DNA of 64,000 nt, from contig NW_024055461.1 in the NCBI RefSeq assembly GCF_902713615.1, forward strand, positions 2,734,345 through 2,798,344, given 5' to 3'. The notes beneath the pieces were generated by a model, which worked only from the letters and a program-made list of their open reading frames with translations, made no database searches and had not been told where the DNA came from. The DNA is from Scyliorhinus canicula (Eukaryota). Of this stretch, positions 60,605 to 64,000 are shown piece by piece (the first letter of the stretch is position 1; the number at the start of each line of letters is the position of its first letter). The position numbers and the translations under genes were made by a program.

Positions 60605-61029
60605 CAGTAAGAAGCCTTATAACACCAGGTTAAAGTCCAACATTGGGGCAGCAGGGTAGCATGGTGGTTAGCATAAATGCTTCACAGCTCCAGGGTCCCA
60701 GGTTCGATTCCCGGCTGGGTCACTGTCTGTGTGGCGTCTGCACGTCCTCCCCCTGTGTGCGTGGGTTTCCTCCGGGTGCTCCGGTTTCCTCCCACAGTCC
60801 AAAGATGTGCGGGTTAGGTGGATTGGCCATGCTAAATTGCCCGTAGTGTCCTAATAAAAGTAAGGTTACGGGTATAGGGTGGATACGTGGGTTTGAGTAG
60901 GGTGATCATGGCTCGGCACAACATTGAGGGCCGAAGGGCCTGTTCTGTGCTGTACTGTTCTATGTTCTATGTTCTCACAGGTTTGTTTCAAACATGAGCT
61001 TTCGGAGCACTGCTCCTTCCTCAGGTAAA
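60605..61029 (-). mobile_element. Penelope-like terminal-repeat remnant with a minimal hammerhead ribozyme motif, split by a SINE (60645-60975)
   Basis: Rejoined sequence aacaccaggttaaagtccaaca+ggtttgtttcaaacatgagctttcggagcactgctccttcctcagg. The minus strand reads CUGAGGA-A-GGAGC-agu-GCUCC-GAAAGCUC. Confidence 0.65.
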
Positions 61030-61965
61030 TGTTTCTTTCCTCCACTCCCAGTTTTCTCCCTCCCTCTCCTCTGCCTGGGTTCAGTTCTCCAGCTCCTGTC
61101 TGCAGACTGACAATAAAATCAATGGGTCTTATTGGGGGTTTAGGGCCTCCAGCGGGTGTTTGTGAATCCGCCCCGCCCACCTACCAGGGTTTCCTTCCTT
61201 GCCAGAGATCAGAGTCCTCATTGATGATTTGAGCCCAAACTGGAACCACATTAATTGGGAAAAGAATATTTTCATGAAGGTTCGCGGCTCCACAAAGTAT
61301 TTCCAACTCCTCCCACCTATCTCCTAACCAGGTTAGAACATAGAACATAGAACAGTACAGCACAGAACAGGCCCTTCGGCCCTCAATGTTGTGCCGAGCC
61401 ATGATCACCCTACTCAAACCCACGTATCCACCCTATACCCGTAACCCAACAACCCCCCCTTAACCTTACTTTTATTAGCACACTACGGGCAATTTAGCAT
61501 GGCCAATCCACCTAACCCGCACATCTTTGGACTGTGGGAGGAAACCGGAGCACCCGGAGGAAACCCACGCACACAGGGGGAGGACGTGCAGACTCCACAC
61601 AGACAGTGACCCAGCCGGGAATCGAACCTGGGACCCTGGAGCTGTGAAGCATTTATGCTAACCACCATGCTACCCTGCTGCCCCAATTTGCTGCCCCAAT
61701 GCCCCAAGGTTGATGCATTTATTTGTCTGACTAAAAGAATGGTCTCTGGTTGCATCACGGTTAGCACTGCTGCTTCCGGCACCAAGGACCCGTGTTTGAT
61801 TCCGGCCCTGGGTCACTGTCCGTGTGGACATTTTCACCATGTCTGCATGAGTAACAGCTCCACAACCCAAAGATGTGCAGGATAGGTGGATTGACCACAC
61901 TAAATTGCCCCTTAATTGGAAAAACCTAATTGGTTACTCAAAAAATTTTTTTTTTTTTAATTGTC
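60645..61965. mobile_element. Young HE1-like SINEs 60645-60975(+) and 61337-61684(-), plus 61752-61965(+)
   Basis: The first two are near-identical reverse complements of each other and match the copy at 4716-5075, including the (ttctatg)n tail. Confidence 0.88.
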
Positions 61966-62169
61966 TCTTTCCTAATGTTCACAATTAAAGGGGTGGGTTC
62001 ACCAGGAGATGGCTGACATTTCAGGGGACATTAAATTAATATTGGATGGAGATATGTCTAGTGTTGTTGCATGGTACACATTAGATGTATTATTTACCGT
62101 TCTGTAATAAAGTAAATGTATTATTATTTATCATCTTGTAATATAAGACTGTGGCTACATTATAGATTT

Positions 62170-62570
62170 CCAGTCATCTCTTCCCTCAGAGGGTTGTTAG
62201 TCTTTGGATTTCTCTTCCACAGGGACCAGTTGTATCTGGGGGTCATTGAATATATTGAAGCACAAGTTTGACAGATATTTTATTGACAATAGAGTTAAGG
62301 GTTATGGGGAACAGGTAGGAAAATAGCTGAGATGAGGACGGATCTCTTCACTCGGGGATGTGGTGAAGCTTTGGAATTCTCTATCCCAGCGAAATGTGGA
62401 GCCTCAGTCATCAGGTATGTTCAAGACAAATATTGATAGGTTTCTAGATATTGAAGATATTGAGGGATATGGGGATTGTGTGGGAAATGGTGCTGAAGTA
62501 GATCGGCCAAGGATCTCATTGAATGGTTAAGCAGACACGGTGGGCCGAATGGCCTACTCTTGCTCCTGTT
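62170..62570 (+). mobile_element. Several decayed CR1 3'-end fragments (also ~48350-48710, 49360-49560, 54480-54800)
   Basis: ttcactcagagggttgt..tggaattctct..attgatag..aagggatatgggg..gggccgaatggcctactc motifs. Confidence 0.6.
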
Positions 62571-63199
62571 ATAATCTCTGTGTCCTGGTCAGGAAGCAGT
62601 GAGCTGAGCTTGGATCTGTCAATCAACATGAATCAGCACCTTCAGGAGAATTGGGAGGGTGAATATTAGATACAGTAGAGTGAGAATAGAGGGAGAGTGT
62701 GTGGGATGGAGATTTACAGCTTTTGGAGAACGAGAGAGGAAATAATATTCCATAGGAACTAGAGTTGTCTGTTCTGAATTTCTATCCTGTACGAACAATG
62801 ATAACTTTTGTAAATTGTTTTTAAAGGATATTGGAAGAGGTGGAATTATAGACAGAAACCTCAAACATCACGTCTCGATGCGACAAACTCACTCGATTCC
62901 TTCTGATCTGAATGTCGTCAGGCTCTGAATATCATCGGCAAGAAGGAGAAATGTTTGTCCGATCTGTCGGCTCCAAAAAATTTTAAACGTGCATGTGACT
63001 GGAAAAGCACAGACCCACACAACACACAACCGAGTGAGAGTGTTCCAGTGAAATGACTATGAAAAGAGCTTCAACTATTACACAGCTGAAAAAACATCAC
63101 ATCATTCACAGTGGGGAGAGACCGTGATCAACATATTCTGTGTGTAGACAAGGCTTCCACTGATTGTCCAATCTGGAGAGACACGAGAAGACCCAAAAC

Positions 63200-64000
63200 A
63201 TGGAGAAACCATGGAAATGTGGGGACTGTGGGAAGGGATACAGATTCCCATCTGAGCTGAAGCTTCATCGACGCAGTCATACTGGGGAAAGGCCGTTTGC
63301 CTGCCCTCAGTGTGGGAAGGGATTCATTGATTCATCCGCCCTGCAGAGACATCAGCGAATTCACACTGGGGAGAGGCCGTTCATCTGCTCTCAGTGTGGG
63401 AAGGGATTCATTTCTTCATCCGCCCTGCGGAAACACCAGCGAGTTCACACTGGGGAGAGGCCGTTCATCTGCTCTCCGTGTGGGAAGGGATTCCGTGATT
63501 TATCCAACCTGCGGAAGCATCAGCGAATTCACACTGGTGAGCGACCGTTCACCTGCTCTCACTGTGGGGAGGGATTCACTCAGTCATCCAGTCTGCAGAC
63601 ACACCAGCGAGTTCACACTGGGGAGAAGCCATTCACCTGCTCTCAGTGTGGGCAGAGATTCAGAGCTTCATCCGCCTTGCTGAAACATCAGCGAATTCAC
63701 ACTGGGGAGAGGCCGTTCATCTGCTCTCAGTGTGGGAAGGGGTTCATTGATTCACCCGCCCTGCAGAAACATCAGCGAGTTCACACTGGGGAAAGGCCAT
63801 TCATTTGTTCTCAATGTGGGAAGGGATTCATTGATTCATCCATCCTGCGGAAACATCAGCGAATTCACACTGGGGAGAGGCCGTTCATCTGCTCTCAGTG
63901 TGGGAAGGGATTCATTGATTCATCCATCCTGCGGAAACATCAGCGAATTCACACTGGGGAGAGGCCGTTCATCTGCTCTCAGTGTGGGAAGGGATTCATT
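63200..64000 (+). CDS. C2H2 zinc-finger protein C (9 complete fingers plus a partial one, runs off the window)
   Basis: ATG GAG AAA CCA TGG AAA TGT at 63200; frame open to 64000 by manual translation. Absent from the ORF track, presumably because no stop lies in the window. Confidence 0.9.
   Translation, partial: MEKPWKCGDCGKGYRFPSELKLHRRSHTGERPFACPQCGKGFIDSSALQRHQRIHTGERPFICSQCGKGFISSSALRKHQRVHTGERPFICSPCGKGFRDLSNLRKHQRIHTGERPFTCSHCGEGFTQSSSLQTHQRVHTGEKPFTCSQCGQRFRASSALLKHQRIHTGERPFICSQCGKGFIDSPALQKHQRVHTGERPFICSQCGKGFIDSSILRKHQRIHTGERPFICSQCGKGFIDSSILRKHQRIHTGERPFICSQCGKGFI

Noticed and set aside
63297-63683. Alternative-frame ORFs over the zinc-finger arrays (also 45574-45801)
   Set aside because: Shadows of the 84-bp finger periodicity.

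Overview
Cartilaginous-fish (shark; repeat content resembles catshark, by inference) genomic DNA. The left half holds the 3' part of an immunoglobulin heavy-chain minilocus on the + strand: the tail of the J-C intron (no V, D, J or RSS seen), four intact IgM constant exons (7071-10744, with secretory tailpiece and poly(A) signal) and two transmembrane exons 16.5 kb downstream (27195-27474). The CH4-TM intron and the next 17 kb are packed with nested retroelements: L1-type LINEs, CR1-type LINEs with esterase ORF1, a solo LTR and tRNA-derived SINEs. The right third is a cluster of three C2H2 zinc-finger genes with no recognisable effector domain (one -, two +, the last running off the window), with CpG-island-like promoter modules, a tRNA-Lys(CTT) gene, a decayed Tx1 element and a Penelope-type minimal hammerhead motif. 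The most unusual observations are the non-canonical IgM cytoplasmic tail (KVE spliced versus KVK+20 aa unspliced), two short templated insertions, the Ig cluster/ZNF/tRNA juxtaposition and the hammerhead relic. All calls were made by eye, without database searches.
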